A DNA stretch of 64,000 bases from Acidobacterium sp. (GTDB lineage: Bacteria > Acidobacteriota > Vicinamibacteria > Vicinamibacterales > UBA2999), in assembly GCA_002737365.1 (NCBI GenBank), contig NSIL01000004.1:128019-192018 (forward strand), in the 5' to 3' direction. The notes beneath the pieces are model-generated. The model saw only the letters and a list, made by a program, of their open reading frames with translations, made no database searches and was not told the DNA's origin. Shown piece by piece: positions 17,753-27,884 of the stretch (position 1 is the first letter of the stretch; every line of letters begins with the position of its first letter). Both the position numbers and the translations under genes were made by a program.

Positions 17753-18959
17753 CCAGCAGGAACACCGCCATCGACGTGGCCAGCGCCGGCAAGGTCGCGC
17801 CAATCGGCGCGGCGAGCTTGTAGACGGCAAATCCCAGGACCCACGCGGCCACGCCGGCGAGGTTGAAGGCCGGCATCGCCGCAGTCTGGTAGATCGCGGC
17901 CACGTCCACCTTCGAGCGAAGTATTACGAAGTGCGCCAGGAAGATCCCGCCGACGGGGACGAGCACCGAACCGAGCAGCACCATCAGATCGGCGAAACTC
18001 GTCAGCCAGGCCGTGGAGATCAAGCCGAGCGCGGTTCCGACCAGGCCGATCACCCATACCGACCCGGTGCCGGTGGACTGTGGTGCGAGCGTCCGCCACG
18101 CCAGCGACGACATGTAGATGTTCACGAAATTGGTGGTGACCGTCGCGAGCACGACCAACAAGGCCGCCCACCATCCCATGCCGGTCGCCGCCAGCATCGC
18201 CCCCGGGTCGTCACTGCCCGCGATGCGCGCCAGGCTCCAGCCGAGCGGCATCAGCCACAGCGCGGGTATCGCGAGGCCGGCAAACACTGCCGTCGCGCTC
18301 GCGCCCGGTGAACGGGTGTAACGCGAGTAGTCCGCGAACATCAGCAACCACGACACTTGATAGCCGATGACCACGTCGATGCCCCACAGGATCGATGGCG
18401 GCGCCACGGCGACAGCCAGTTCCACCCTGGCCGGCAGCGTGAAGGCCGCCCAGGTGAGCATGAACCCCGCCATGGCCATCAGCGGCACCGCGATGCGATC
18501 CGCCAGGCCAACCGCACGTGGTCCGCGCGCGACAATCAGCGTAGCCGCCACGCCGATGGCCGCCGACCAGACCCACGCCGACCCCGGTCCGCCGAGCAGC
18601 TGTGAGCACACCGAGGCCGCAATGGTGTTGTTGACGGCAATCCAGGCAAAGTTCGTGAGGTAGAGCAGTCCCGAGACGGCCTGCGCCCCGCGCAGCCCCA
18701 GTGGATCGCGGGCGGCCACCATCGACGGAACGCCGAAGCGGGAGCCGACCGGCGCGAGTACGGCCACCAGCAACGCCCCGAACAACGCGCCCACCACCAC
18801 CAGCACCATCGCGTCCCTTCCGCCGTAGCGGGAGGCAAGCACCGCGCCGGTCTGCAGCGTCGTCGCGACGACGTTGGCGGCGAGGAAGATCAGGAAGAGG
18901 TCGAATGCCGGCTGGGTCCGTTGCGTTTCGGGAATCGGTGAGAGGTCAGCGGCGTCCAT
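17730..18959 (-). CDS. NCS1-family permease (purine/cytosine permease CodB-like)
   Basis: About 409 aa from ATG 18959 (MDAADLSPIPETQRTQPAFDLFLIFLAANV...). About 12 TM. The track ORF carries an implausible 84-aa N-terminal extension. Confidence 0.75.
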   Translation of the reverse strand: MDAADLSPIPETQRTQPAFDLFLIFLAANVVATTLQTGAVLASRYGGRDAMVLVVVGALFGALLVAVLAPVGSRFGVPSMVAARDPLGLRGAQAVSGLLYLTNFAWIAVNNTIAASVCSQLLGGPGSAWVWSAAIGVAATLIVARGPRAVGLADRIAVPLMAMAGFMLTWAAFTLPARVELAVAVAPPSILWGIDVVIGYQVSWLLMFADYSRYTRSPGASATAVFAGLAIPALWLMPLGWSLARIAGSDDPGAMLAATGMGWWAALLVVLATVTTNFVNIYMSSLAWRTLAPQSTGTGSVWVIGLVGTALGLISTAWLTSFADLMVLLGSVLVPVGGIFLAHFVILRSKVDVAAIYQTAAMPAFNLAGVAAWVLGFAVYKLAAPIGATLPALATSMAVFLLVRRLARA

Positions 18960-19016
18960 GACAGGGGCCTCGGCAGTATAGCGGCCGGCCCGCGATGGCG
19001 CCCGGTTTCTGATATC

Positions 19017-19060
19017 CTCCCCCGGCAAACCAGATTCCGAACCGGAATCTGGTGGGGGAG
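19017..19060 (+). promoter_or_regulatory. long imperfect palindrome / 5'-UTR hairpin that pairs the Shine-Dalgarno of the TonB receptor gene
   Basis: CTCCCCC(19017-23) ggcaaa CCAGATTCCG(19030-39) aac CGGAATCTGG(19043-52) t GGGGGAG(19054-60), with the ATG at 19063. 17 Watson-Crick pairs in total. The 3' arm is the only SD-like sequence upstream of the gene. Confidence 0.5.
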
Positions 19061-19062
19061 CT

Positions 19063-21897
19063 ATGATTTTTAAAGTTTTGAGACTTTTCGTGACGACCGC
19101 TGCGATCCTGGTCGCCGCGCTGCCTGCGGCAGCGCAATCAACCACCGGCACCATCACGGGACGGGCACTTGACTCGAGCGGGGGCATTCTCCCTGGCGTC
19201 GACGTCAGCATTTCGAGTCCGGCGATGATCGGTGGTCCGCGTCAGGCCGTTACTGACTCGCTTGGCAGCTTTCGCTTCGGCCAAGTGCCGCCCGGCACCT
19301 ACGAGGTGAAGTTTCAGCTGCCGAGCTTCCGCGCCCTGACGATCAGCGCCGTGGTCGTCAACGCCGGTGCGACGGCCACTGTCAACGGTCCACTGCAACT
19401 GGACACGCTGGCTGAGTCGATCACGGTCACAAGCAGCACGCCGACCATCGATCTCCAGTCCACGACGGTTGGCGTGAATTGGAGCGAGGAGCAGATGGAG
19501 AACCTGCCCTACGGACGCGGCATCCGCGGCTTGGCCCGCCTGGTGCCCGGCCTGTCGCCCACCCAGTTCGACGTCGGTGGTAATACGGTGGGCGGCTCGA
19601 CTACGACCGGCGCCCGATCGTACGGACGTGCCGGTGGCGAACTGATCAAGTTCGACGGCGTGGTGTGGGATCAGTTCTTCGGCGACTACAACACCTACGA
19701 TCAGGTCTCGGTCTCGGGCGCGGCCAAGGGTGCCGAGTCGCAGAGCCCAGGCGCCACGCTCAGCTTCGTCGTCAAGTCGGGCGGCAACAAGTTCAGCGGC
19801 GCCTACCTGCTGGCGTGGCAGGACGGTGCGTTTCAGGGCGACAACGTCACCGACTCGCTCAGGCAGCAGGGCTTCGACCCCGGCAACAACAAGTTCACCC
19901 GCTACAACGATATCAGCCTCGATCTGGGTGGTCCGATCGTCCGGGACAAACTGTGGTTCTACGCGGCCTACGGTTACAACTACTCGGGCTTGCTGATTCC
20001 CGGCTTTGTCTCCACCAAGACCAACGAACAGGTCGAGTACTTTACGCGTCTCGACAACCCGACACTGAAGCTGACCTACCAGTTGTCGAAGAACAACAAG
20101 CTCGAGCTGACGGAGCAAGTGAACCGCAAGTGGCAGCCCTATCGCAATGCCAGCTCGTTCGTGCCGGCGGAGGCCGCCCAGAACCAGCAGGCGTGGACCC
20201 AGATCGGCCCGGCGCTGAAGTTCACGCGCATCATGAGCCAGAGCATGACGCTCGATGCCAGCTTCAATCGTTCCGGGTACTGGTGGCCCGACTACGCGAA
20301 CAGCGATGACGTCCGGACCACGGACCTCACGACGACCCACACGCGCGGTGCCTTCCTCGAGCAGAAGCGCGAACCGGTGCGCTGGGGCTGGAACGGCACG
20401 TGGTCGTGGTACCGCACCTTTGGCAAGATGAACCACGAGATCAAGTCGGGCGTGCTTGGGTACGACAGCACCAACTACGTCGAGAACTATGGTTACCCGA
20501 ATCAGCAGCTCTATCGATACCGCAGCCTGGCCGGCGACACCAACTTCTTCCAGCGCCCCGACTCGGTGCAGGTGTTCGAGTATCCCAACAACACCAATGC
20601 CGGCATTCGCTACAGCTCGTGGTACGCCAACGACAGCGTGAACCTGACGCCGCAATTGACCCTGAACGCCGGGGTCCGGTTCGACCGCTATTCGTCGCGG
20701 CTGCCCGAGCAGGGCAACCCTGGCACCGGACCGTTCGCTACCGCGAGGGTCTATGCCGAGAACAAGAGCTTCCCAACCTACAATGCCTGGTCCCCCCGGC
20801 TGTCGGCGGTCTATGACCTGACCGGCAGTGGCCGCATTGCCATCAAGGCCAGCTACGGGCGGTACTCGGCCAATGGCTCCGGCGTGAATGCCGCCGCCGG
20901 TCCGGTCGCCAACTCAGTGAACCCGGCTGCGACGCTGGTGTCGACGTACACACGGTGGGACGGCCGCATCCCGTACACGCCGGTCGCCGCCGATCTGACC
21001 GGCGTCACCGGCCAAAGCCGTGACAGCCGCCTCGATCCGTCCCTCAAGGGCGAGTACCTCATCGAATACACCGGTGGCGTCGATCTCGGTCTTGGTCGCG
21101 ACACCTCGGTCCGCTTTAACGTCGTCCGCAAGGGCGACTACCGTGGCAGCAAGGAACTGAACGTGGCGCAGCCGTTCTCGGCCTTCAGCGACGTGGTGAC
21201 CGGCGTCGATCCCGGCCGCGACAACATCGCCGGCACGGCCGACGATGGCGTGGTCCGCGTGTGGTCGGTGCCACGCAGCTATCCGCGGTTCGGGCAGGTG
21301 CAATCATTGTTCACCAACGCCGCGCCGGGCGAAGGCGACGACCGGTTTACCGCGTTCGAAGCGACGTTCAATAAGAGCCATACCAACGGCTGGTCGCTGC
21401 TGGCGTCGTACCAGATCGACAAGCGCGACGTGAAGAACATTGCCCCGCGCAATCCGAACGAGGCCGCCTACAACTGGGAACTGCCCGAGACCTACCAGGG
21501 TGTGCGGTTGAGCGGGACGGTCAACCTGCCGTGGAAGTTGCTGGTGTCATCCACGTTCACCGCCCAGCAGGGCGAGTACTACAACCGCATCGCCCAGGTC
21601 CGCGACGCGCTCAACACTCTGGTGAATGTCACAGTCGAGGGCCAAGCCGGCCGCTACGATTGGGTCAAGTTGTCAGATCTCCGCCTGTCAAAGACCATGG
21701 GGCTGTTCAAGGGGCACTCCTTCGAGGCGATGTTCGACGTGTTCAACCTGACCAACTCGAGCGTGGTGCTGCGCCGGGTGACGACCAACGGCCCCAATTA
21801 CAACAAGCCGTTGTCGACCGGTGGCATTGACGCCGCGTCGGCCAACCCGATTCCAGCAGCGCGCGTGTTCCGCATCAGCGCTCGCTATCGCTTCTAG
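19063..21897 (+). CDS. TonB-dependent outer-membrane receptor with N-terminal carboxypeptidase-regulatory-like domain
   Basis: 944 aa. Signal peptide, then GTITGRALDSSGGILPGVDVSI...TDSLGSFRFGQVPPGTYEVKF (CarboxypepD_reg-like), a plug/barrel-sized remainder, and a C-terminal aromatic residue (...ARYRF). Confidence 0.88.
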   Translation: MIFKVLRLFVTTAAILVAALPAAAQSTTGTITGRALDSSGGILPGVDVSISSPAMIGGPRQAVTDSLGSFRFGQVPPGTYEVKFQLPSFRALTISAVVVNAGATATVNGPLQLDTLAESITVTSSTPTIDLQSTTVGVNWSEEQMENLPYGRGIRGLARLVPGLSPTQFDVGGNTVGGSTTTGARSYGRAGGELIKFDGVVWDQFFGDYNTYDQVSVSGAAKGAESQSPGATLSFVVKSGGNKFSGAYLLAWQDGAFQGDNVTDSLRQQGFDPGNNKFTRYNDISLDLGGPIVRDKLWFYAAYGYNYSGLLIPGFVSTKTNEQVEYFTRLDNPTLKLTYQLSKNNKLELTEQVNRKWQPYRNASSFVPAEAAQNQQAWTQIGPALKFTRIMSQSMTLDASFNRSGYWWPDYANSDDVRTTDLTTTHTRGAFLEQKREPVRWGWNGTWSWYRTFGKMNHEIKSGVLGYDSTNYVENYGYPNQQLYRYRSLAGDTNFFQRPDSVQVFEYPNNTNAGIRYSSWYANDSVNLTPQLTLNAGVRFDRYSSRLPEQGNPGTGPFATARVYAENKSFPTYNAWSPRLSAVYDLTGSGRIAIKASYGRYSANGSGVNAAAGPVANSVNPAATLVSTYTRWDGRIPYTPVAADLTGVTGQSRDSRLDPSLKGEYLIEYTGGVDLGLGRDTSVRFNVVRKGDYRGSKELNVAQPFSAFSDVVTGVDPGRDNIAGTADDGVVRVWSVPRSYPRFGQVQSLFTNAAPGEGDDRFTAFEATFNKSHTNGWSLLASYQIDKRDVKNIAPRNPNEAAYNWELPETYQGVRLSGTVNLPWKLLVSSTFTAQQGEYYNRIAQVRDALNTLVNVTVEGQAGRYDWVKLSDLRLSKTMGLFKGHSFEAMFDVFNLTNSSVVLRRVTTNGPNYNKPLSTGGIDAASANPIPAARVFRISARYRF

Positions 21898-21915
21898 GTC
21901 AAGAGGAGCAGCCCT

Positions 21916-22821
21916 ATGAAACGCGCATTTCTCGCTCTTGTCTTTATTCTGGTTGCCCACGTCCCGGCGTTCGCCACGTGGTCGGTGATCGCCGTTGACG
22001 CGCGAACCGGCCAGGTCATCGTGGCTTCGGCCACGTGCGTCCGCCAGCAAGGCTTTCCGCAGCGCCAGCCGACTCCGTCCCGCGACTTGATGGAACTGCA
22101 GGCGGTGATCGTCCCGGGCATTGGCGTGGCTGCGTGTCAGGCCGGCGCCGACAACACCCGCGAGAACCAGATGCTGGTCTACGCCGAGCTCAAGCAGGGA
22201 ACGCCACCGACGAAGATTCTCGACCTGCTCAAGGCCCACGAGGCCAACCGCAAGCCCGAAGATCAGATGGAACGCCGCCAGTTCGGCATTCTCGCCATTC
22301 CCGACGGCAAGCAGATCACGGCACAGAACAATCGGGCCGGCTTCAACGGCGCCAACAACTCGGTGTCGTCGTTGTACTTCGGCGGCCGGGTCGGCGATAT
22401 CCACTACCAGGTGCAAGGCAACACGCTGCTGGGCGATGCGGTGATGCACCAGGCGGCCCTGGCGTTTACTCGCGCCACCGGTACCATGGCTGACCGCGTC
22501 ATGGCGGCCATGGACGCGGCCGACGCCAACGGCGGCGACCACCGCTGCAACTGCGGCACCAGCGTGATCGACTTTGCGCCGTGCGATAACAAGACCTCGT
22601 ACGTCGCCTACATCACCATCGCCGAAAAAGACGATGCGATGGGCGCGACGCACAATGATGGCCAGTACTCGGTCTACCTGAGCGTGACCGACCTCAACAC
22701 AGTGAAGGGCGAAAGCGGCAACCCGGTGAAGACCCTGCGGACGCGGTATGACGCATGGAAGAAGGCCGGTTCCCGCAAGACCGGCCCGATGCCGCCGTCG
22801 CTCTACAAGGGCACCAAGTAA
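21916..22821 (+). CDS. DUF1028-family (Ntn-hydrolase fold) secreted protein
   Basis: 301 aa. AAGAGGAG RBS at 21901-08. A signal peptide is followed immediately by TWSVIAVDARTGQVIVASATC, the DUF1028 N-terminal nucleophile pattern. Confidence 0.7.
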   Translation: MKRAFLALVFILVAHVPAFATWSVIAVDARTGQVIVASATCVRQQGFPQRQPTPSRDLMELQAVIVPGIGVAACQAGADNTRENQMLVYAELKQGTPPTKILDLLKAHEANRKPEDQMERRQFGILAIPDGKQITAQNNRAGFNGANNSVSSLYFGGRVGDIHYQVQGNTLLGDAVMHQAALAFTRATGTMADRVMAAMDAADANGGDHRCNCGTSVIDFAPCDNKTSYVAYITIAEKDDAMGATHNDGQYSVYLSVTDLNTVKGESGNPVKTLRTRYDAWKKAGSRKTGPMPPSLYKGTK

Positions 22822-22830
22822 CCCCATCGA

Positions 22831-22861
22831 CTGCCCGTCCGGCTTGGCGCCGGACGGGCAG
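22831..22861 (+). terminator. rho-independent-like terminator (12-bp perfect stem)
   Basis: CTGCCCGTCCGG-cttggcg-CCGGACGGGCAG followed by TATACTT. It starts 10 nt after the DUF1028 stop. Confidence 0.65.
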
Positions 22862-22875
22862 TATACTTGCGCTCC

Positions 22876-24144
22876 ATGCGCGCCACCGTGTTGTCTGCCC
22901 TCGTTCTGCTCGCTACCGCCACCGGCATCGCCCAGGCGCCACAGCCGGCATTTGTCCTGCAGCCCGATCGCGTCTTCGACGGCGAGACCATGCACGCCGG
23001 CTGGGTGGTGGTCGTGCGCAGCGATCGCATCATCGCCGCCGGTCCGCCAGCCACGACCAATGCCCCGGGCGGGGCACGCACCATCGCGCTGTTGGGTACC
23101 ACGCTCATGCCCGGCCTGATCGAAGGCCACTCGCACCTGCTGTTGCATCCCTACAACGAGACCTCCTGGAACGATCAAGTGCTGCGCGAACCGCTCGCGC
23201 TTCGAGTCGCGCGCGGGGTGAATCATGCTCTCGCCACGCTGATGGCCGGCGTGACGACGGTGCGGGACCTTGGCAGCGAGGGCGCCGCCTACGCCGATGT
23301 CGGACTGAGGCAGGCCATCAACGAAGGCATCGTGCCGGGGCCGCGGATGCTGGTGGCGGGACCGGCCATGGTCGTCACCGGCAGCTATGCGCCGAAGGGC
23401 TTCGCACCTGAAGTGACCGTGCCGCAGGGCGCCGAAGAAGCCGATGGTTTGGACGGCGTCGTGCGGGTCGCCCGCGGCCAGATCGCCAAGGGCGTCGACG
23501 TCATCAAAATCTACGCCGACTACCGGTGGGGTCCGAATGGCGAGACCCGGCCCGGCTTCACCCTGGGCGAGATTCAGCGCATTGTCGAGGCCGCCAACAG
23601 CAGCGGCCGGCCGGTCGTCGCCCACGCCTCGTCGCCGGAAGGGATGCGCCGCGCCATCATGGGCGGCGTCGAAACAATTGAGCACGGCGATGACGGTACG
23701 CCGGAGATCTGGAAGCTGATGGTCGAGAAGAACGTCGCGTTCTGCCCGACGATTGCCGCCGGTGATGCCACCTCACAGTATGCCGGGTGGAAGAAGGGCG
23801 TTGACCCCGAGCCGGCGCGCATCACGCGCAAGCGCGAGACGTTCAAGGCGGCGCTCGCCGCCGGCGTGAAGATGTGCTTCGGCGGCGACGTCGGCGTGTA
23901 TGCCCACGGCGACAACGTCCGCGAGCTGGAACTGATGGTGGAGTGGGGCATGACGCCGGCGGCAGCGCTGGTGGCGGCGACCTCCGGCAATGCCACTTAC
24001 TTCCGGCAGGCCGAGCGCATCGGCCGCGTCAAGCCGGGCCTGTTCGCCGACCTGATTGCGGTCACCGGCGACCCGGCCACCGATGTCACGGCTCTGCGCC
24101 GCGTGAAGTTCGTGATGAAGAGCGGCAACATCTACAAGCAGTAG
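22876..24144 (+). CDS. amidohydrolase-superfamily metallohydrolase (prolidase/imidazolonepropionase-like), secreted
   Basis: ATG 22876 ([21 protein letters not shown] signal peptide). HxH motif LIEGHSHLL, plus ...VDVIKIYAD..., ...VVAHA..., ...IEHG..., ...FGGDVGV... metal-ligand blocks. Confidence 0.85.
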   Translation: MRATVLSALVLLATATGIAQAPQPAFVLQPDRVFDGETMHAGWVVVVRSDRIIAAGPPATTNAPGGARTIALLGTTLMPGLIEGHSHLLLHPYNETSWNDQVLREPLALRVARGVNHALATLMAGVTTVRDLGSEGAAYADVGLRQAINEGIVPGPRMLVAGPAMVVTGSYAPKGFAPEVTVPQGAEEADGLDGVVRVARGQIAKGVDVIKIYADYRWGPNGETRPGFTLGEIQRIVEAANSSGRPVVAHASSPEGMRRAIMGGVETIEHGDDGTPEIWKLMVEKNVAFCPTIAAGDATSQYAGWKKGVDPEPARITRKRETFKAALAAGVKMCFGGDVGVYAHGDNVRELELMVEWGMTPAAALVAATSGNATYFRQAERIGRVKPGLFADLIAVTGDPATDVTALRRVKFVMKSGNIYKQ

Positions 24145-24146
24145 GT

Positions 24147-24204
24147 CGCAGATTACGAAGGACAGCCGCAGATTACGAACAGCCACCGATTAGACGCAGA
24201 TTAG
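24147..24204. repeat. direct repeats CGCAGATTA(CGAA) x3 plus an extra GATTAG, in the intergenic region upstream of the M28 peptidase
   Basis: A perfect 13-mer CGCAGATTACGAA occurs at 24147-24159 and 24167-24179 (20-bp phasing). CGCAGATTA recurs at 24195-24203, and GATTAG at 24188-24193. Confidence 0.8.
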
Positions 24205-24225
24205 GCACCGACAGAAAAGGCAGAC

Positions 24226-25797
24226 ATGTCACGACTCTCTTCACTAGCCTTCATCCTCCTCCTCAGTGTGCCGCTGGTCGCGCAGGAACCCGCCGCCAAG
24301 TGGTGGGCCCATATCGTCTTTCTGGCCAACGACTCAATGAACGGCCGCGACACGGGCAGTCCCGAGCATCGCAAGGCGGCTGAGTACATTGCGGCCGAGT
24401 TCAAGAAGGCGGGACTCGAGCCAGGCGGCACCAACGGCTACTTCCAGCCCATTCGCTTCCGCTCGCGGCGCATCGTCGAGGCGCAGTCGAGCCTGGCGCT
24501 GGTGCGGCCGGGCGGTGCGGTTGAAACCGTGGTGCTCGGTGACGAGGCGACGTTCTCGATGCGCATCGAGCCGGCGCCGAGCGTCGAAGCGCCCATCGTG
24601 TTCGCCGGCTACGGCCTGCAAGTGCCCGAAGCGAAGCACGACGATCTGGCCGGTCTCGACCTCAAGGGCAAGATCGTATTGTTGCTCACGGGCGGGCCGT
24701 CGCACATCCCTGGGCCACTGCTGGCGCACTATCAGTCGATTCGGTGGGAGTATCTGAAGAAGGCCGGCGCCGTCGGCGTCTTCTCGATCCAGAACCCCAA
24801 GGGTCAGGACATCCCGTGGGATCGGTCGAAGCTGTCGCGGTTCATGCCGGCACTGGCGATCGCGGACCCGGCATTGGACGAAACCCTCGGCCAGCAGACG
24901 GCGGTGACCATCAACCCGGCGCGGGCTGAGCGGTTCTTTACCGGCTCCGGCCACACCTTCAATGAGCTGTTGGCGCTGTCAACTGACGGCAAGGTGCTGC
25001 CGCGGTTCGCCATTCCTGCGACGGCGCGGGTCAAGGTGGCGATTGACGCCAAGACGATCGAGTCCGACAACGTCGTGGGTGTGCTGCGCGGCAGTGATCC
25101 GGCGTTGCGCAACGAGTACGTCGCGGTCTCCGCCCACATCGACCATGTCGGCGTCGGCGAGCCGATCGGCGGCGATCGCATCTACAACGGCGCCATGGAC
25201 AACGCGTCGGGCATTGCCACGCTGATCGAGACGGCTGCGGCCGCCGCGGCTGCGGGTGCACCGAAGCGGTCGCTCGTGTTCGTCGCTGTGACCGCTGAGG
25301 AAAAGGGCCTGCTCGGCTCGCGTTATTTTGCCAACCGGCCGTCGATCGCCGGCGGCACGATTGTCGCCAATCTCAACACCGACATGTTCCTGCCGCTGTT
25401 CCCGCTAAAGAGCCTGGTGGTGCAGGGGTTGGAGGAGTCGGACCTCGCCGAAGACCTCAAGCGCGTGGCCCGGCCGCTCGCCATCGAGGTGCTGTCCGAC
25501 CCGGAGCCCGAACGCAACGCGTTTATCCGCAGCGATCAGTACAGTTTCATCAAGACCGGCGTGCCGGCGCTGTCGCTGAAGGTCGGCTTCGTGAAGGGCT
25601 CGCCCGAGCACCAGACCGTGCTCAAGTGGCGCACCGAGCGCTACCACGCGCCGAGCGACGACCTGGATCAGCCGATCAACCGCCAGGCCGCCGAGAACTT
25701 CGGCACGATCTATCTCTCGGTCGTGCAGGCGGTCGCCAACCGCCCGACGCGGCCGCAGTGGAACGGCGACAGCTTCTTCAGGCGCTTCGCGAGGTAA
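24226..25797 (+). CDS. M28-family aminopeptidase with PA (protease-associated) domain, secreted
   Basis: 523 aa. Signal peptide present. M28 zinc-ligand blocks SAHIDHVG, NGAMDNASG, FVAVTAEEKGLLGS, and ...YHAPSD. Confidence 0.88.
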   Translation: MSRLSSLAFILLLSVPLVAQEPAAKWWAHIVFLANDSMNGRDTGSPEHRKAAEYIAAEFKKAGLEPGGTNGYFQPIRFRSRRIVEAQSSLALVRPGGAVETVVLGDEATFSMRIEPAPSVEAPIVFAGYGLQVPEAKHDDLAGLDLKGKIVLLLTGGPSHIPGPLLAHYQSIRWEYLKKAGAVGVFSIQNPKGQDIPWDRSKLSRFMPALAIADPALDETLGQQTAVTINPARAERFFTGSGHTFNELLALSTDGKVLPRFAIPATARVKVAIDAKTIESDNVVGVLRGSDPALRNEYVAVSAHIDHVGVGEPIGGDRIYNGAMDNASGIATLIETAAAAAAAGAPKRSLVFVAVTAEEKGLLGSRYFANRPSIAGGTIVANLNTDMFLPLFPLKSLVVQGLEESDLAEDLKRVARPLAIEVLSDPEPERNAFIRSDQYSFIKTGVPALSLKVGFVKGSPEHQTVLKWRTERYHAPSDDLDQPINRQAAENFGTIYLSVVQAVANRPTRPQWNGDSFFRRFAR

Positions 25798-25804
25798 AGA
25801 GCTG

Positions 25805-26986
25805 TTAAACCACGTTGGCTTCGGCGGCGGTGGTTCGGCGACTGAAGCGATCGAGCGCGAACGGGGAGAGATCGAACTTCGGGTCGCGCCCCGTGATGAC
25901 GTCGGCCAGGATGCGGCCGGCCGCTGGTGCATGCTGGAATCCGTGGCCGCTGAAGCCGGCAATCGTGTAGAAGCCTTCGACGTCGATTGATGGCCCGATG
26001 ATCGGATTGTGATCCGACGTCATCTCGTACAGCCCGGCCCACGCGTGTGACACGGCGGCATCGGCGAGTGCGGGCAAACGCTGCATCGCCACCTCGATCA
26101 CCTGTGGCAGGAAATCCCATCGCACGGTGATGTCGAAGCCTGGCTGTTCATCCGGATCGCCCATGCCGAACAGCAGTCCGCCGCCTTCGCGGTGGAAATA
26201 GAAGCCGGTATCGAAGTCGATCACCAGCAGCTTGTTCTTCGGCACGCGGCCGGCGTTCACGGGATCGTCCCATGACCCGCCGCCCGGTGCTGAGGCGATG
26301 AAGATGTGGCGGCGCTCGGGCTCGACCGGCACGTCGACGCCGCACAGGCGGCCAATCGACTTGGCCCACGGTCCCGCAGCATTCACGACCAGCGGCGTGG
26401 AAATGTTTCCGTGCGACGTGCGGACTTCGACGATGCGGTTGCCGTCGAGGCGAATGCCACTGACTTCAGTCTCGCGAACAATCTCGACGCCTCTGGCCTG
26501 CGCGCCCTTCGCAAAGCCCACGGTCACGCCGTTGGGGTCGGCGACGCCATCGGCAGCGCAGAAGGTCGCGCCTTTCACGCCCGTGACGTCGAGACCGGGC
26601 GCCAGCGCCTGGGCCTCGGCGGGGGAGAGCCACTGCACATCGACGCCGCGCGACTGCTGGAGCTGGACGTTCTTGAGAAAAGTGGCGACGTGCCCGGCCT
26701 TGGACAGCAGGAAGAGATATCCGTCCTGGTGAAAATCGATCGGCGTGCCGACCAGCTCTTCAAACCGCGCCATCATGGCAATCGATTCAAGCGAAAGGTC
26801 GATGTTGGCGGGATGCGAGAACTGGTGCCGCACGCCGCCGGCATTCTTGCCAGTGGAACCGGCGGCGAGTTGCGGCTCGCGCTCGATCAGCACGACGTTG
26901 GTCATCCCGCGCTGGGTGAGATGCCAGGCGACGCTGCAGCCCATGCATCCGCCGCCGACGATCACGACATCTGCTGTGTTCTTCAT
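25805..26986 (-). CDS. FAD-dependent oxidoreductase (sarcosine oxidase beta / DAO family)
   Basis: 393 aa. Dinucleotide fold DVVIVGGGCMGCSVAWHL at the N-terminus, with DAO-family length and blocks. Confidence 0.85.
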   Translation of the reverse strand: MKNTADVVIVGGGCMGCSVAWHLTQRGMTNVVLIEREPQLAAGSTGKNAGGVRHQFSHPANIDLSLESIAMMARFEELVGTPIDFHQDGYLFLLSKAGHVATFLKNVQLQQSRGVDVQWLSPAEAQALAPGLDVTGVKGATFCAADGVADPNGVTVGFAKGAQARGVEIVRETEVSGIRLDGNRIVEVRTSHGNISTPLVVNAAGPWAKSIGRLCGVDVPVEPERRHIFIASAPGGGSWDDPVNAGRVPKNKLLVIDFDTGFYFHREGGGLLFGMGDPDEQPGFDITVRWDFLPQVIEVAMQRLPALADAAVSHAWAGLYEMTSDHNPIIGPSIDVEGFYTIAGFSGHGFQHAPAAGRILADVITGRDPKFDLSPFALDRFSRRTTAAEANVV

Positions 26987-27011
26987 GACGGCAATCTCAA
27001 TTTATCAGACT

Positions 27012-27884
27012 TCATGAGGCTGTCGTGCGCGCAGCGGTCTGGCGGGTGGCCAGGGCGACGCCGAGCAGGACCAGGAGCGCGCCGGCAAACGCGCTGACCG
27101 GAAGCCGCTCCGCCAGGAACACCGCACCCCAACTGATGCCGAACACGGGAATCAAATAGGTCACCGCCATCGCGGTCACCGCGCCGGTGCGCACGATCAA
27201 TCGGAAGTACAGCACGTAGGCCAGGGCCGTGCACAACACGCCAAGCGCCAGGGCACAGGCCCACGCCTGCAGCGACGGCGGCGTGGCCGGCCAGCGCGCC
27301 AGCGCCAGCGGCGCCAGTACGGCCGCAGCGGCAAGCTGGCTACCGCCGGCCACGGCCATCGACGCGACGCCTGCGAGAGAGCGGCGGGCGTAGTGCGCGG
27401 AGATGCCATAAAGGACGGTCGCCGTGAGCGCCGCCAGCACCGCCAGGCTCTGGCCGCCAATGGCCAACGTGGGCCAGGCCAGCACCAGCACTCCGCCGAA
27501 GCCGAGGGCCAACCCGGCGAGGCGCGCCGGCGCCAGTCGCTCCCCGAGCCAGACCGCTGCGGTAACGGCGCCAAACAGTGGCACCGTGGCGTTCAACACG
27601 GAATTCAGGCCGGCCGGCAGCGTGAGTGCGGCGTACGCGAACAGGGTGAACGGTACTGCGGTGTTGATGACGCCCAACACAATCAACGGCCGCTGTTGCC
27701 GGACCAGGACCGTTAACAGCCCCCGGTGCCACAGGACCAACGCGAGCAGCATCGCGGCAATCGCGACGCGCACGAAAATCAGGGGGATCGGCCCGAACTC
27801 AGGCGCCGCGATCCGCATGAACAGAAACGAGGCGCCCCATAGCGCGCCGAGGATCAGCAGGTCGACAGCGTCGCGGCTGGCCAT
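27012..27884 (-). CDS. DMT-superfamily (EamA) transporter
   Basis: 290 aa, 10 predicted TM arranged as two EamA-like halves. Confidence 0.8.
   Translation of the reverse strand: MASRDAVDLLILGALWGASFLFMRIAAPEFGPIPLIFVRVAIAAMLLALVLWHRGLLTVLVRQQRPLIVLGVINTAVPFTLFAYAALTLPAGLNSVLNATVPLFGAVTAAVWLGERLAPARLAGLALGFGGVLVLAWPTLAIGGQSLAVLAALTATVLYGISAHYARRSLAGVASMAVAGGSQLAAAAVLAPLALARWPATPPSLQAWACALALGVLCTALAYVLYFRLIVRTGAVTAMAVTYLIPVFGISWGAVFLAERLPVSAFAGALLVLLGVALATRQTAARTTAS

Noticed and set aside
19138-20655. 505-aa minus-strand ORF
   Set aside because: Antisense to the TonB-dependent receptor, with shadow-ORF composition.
21688-23685. 665-aa minus-strand ORF spanning three plus-strand genes
   Set aside because: It is antisense to the well-supported TonB receptor end, DUF1028 and amidohydrolase genes. 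Its composition is dominated by Arg/Gly/Ala/His/Asp with no motifs. This is a typical high-GC shadow ORF.
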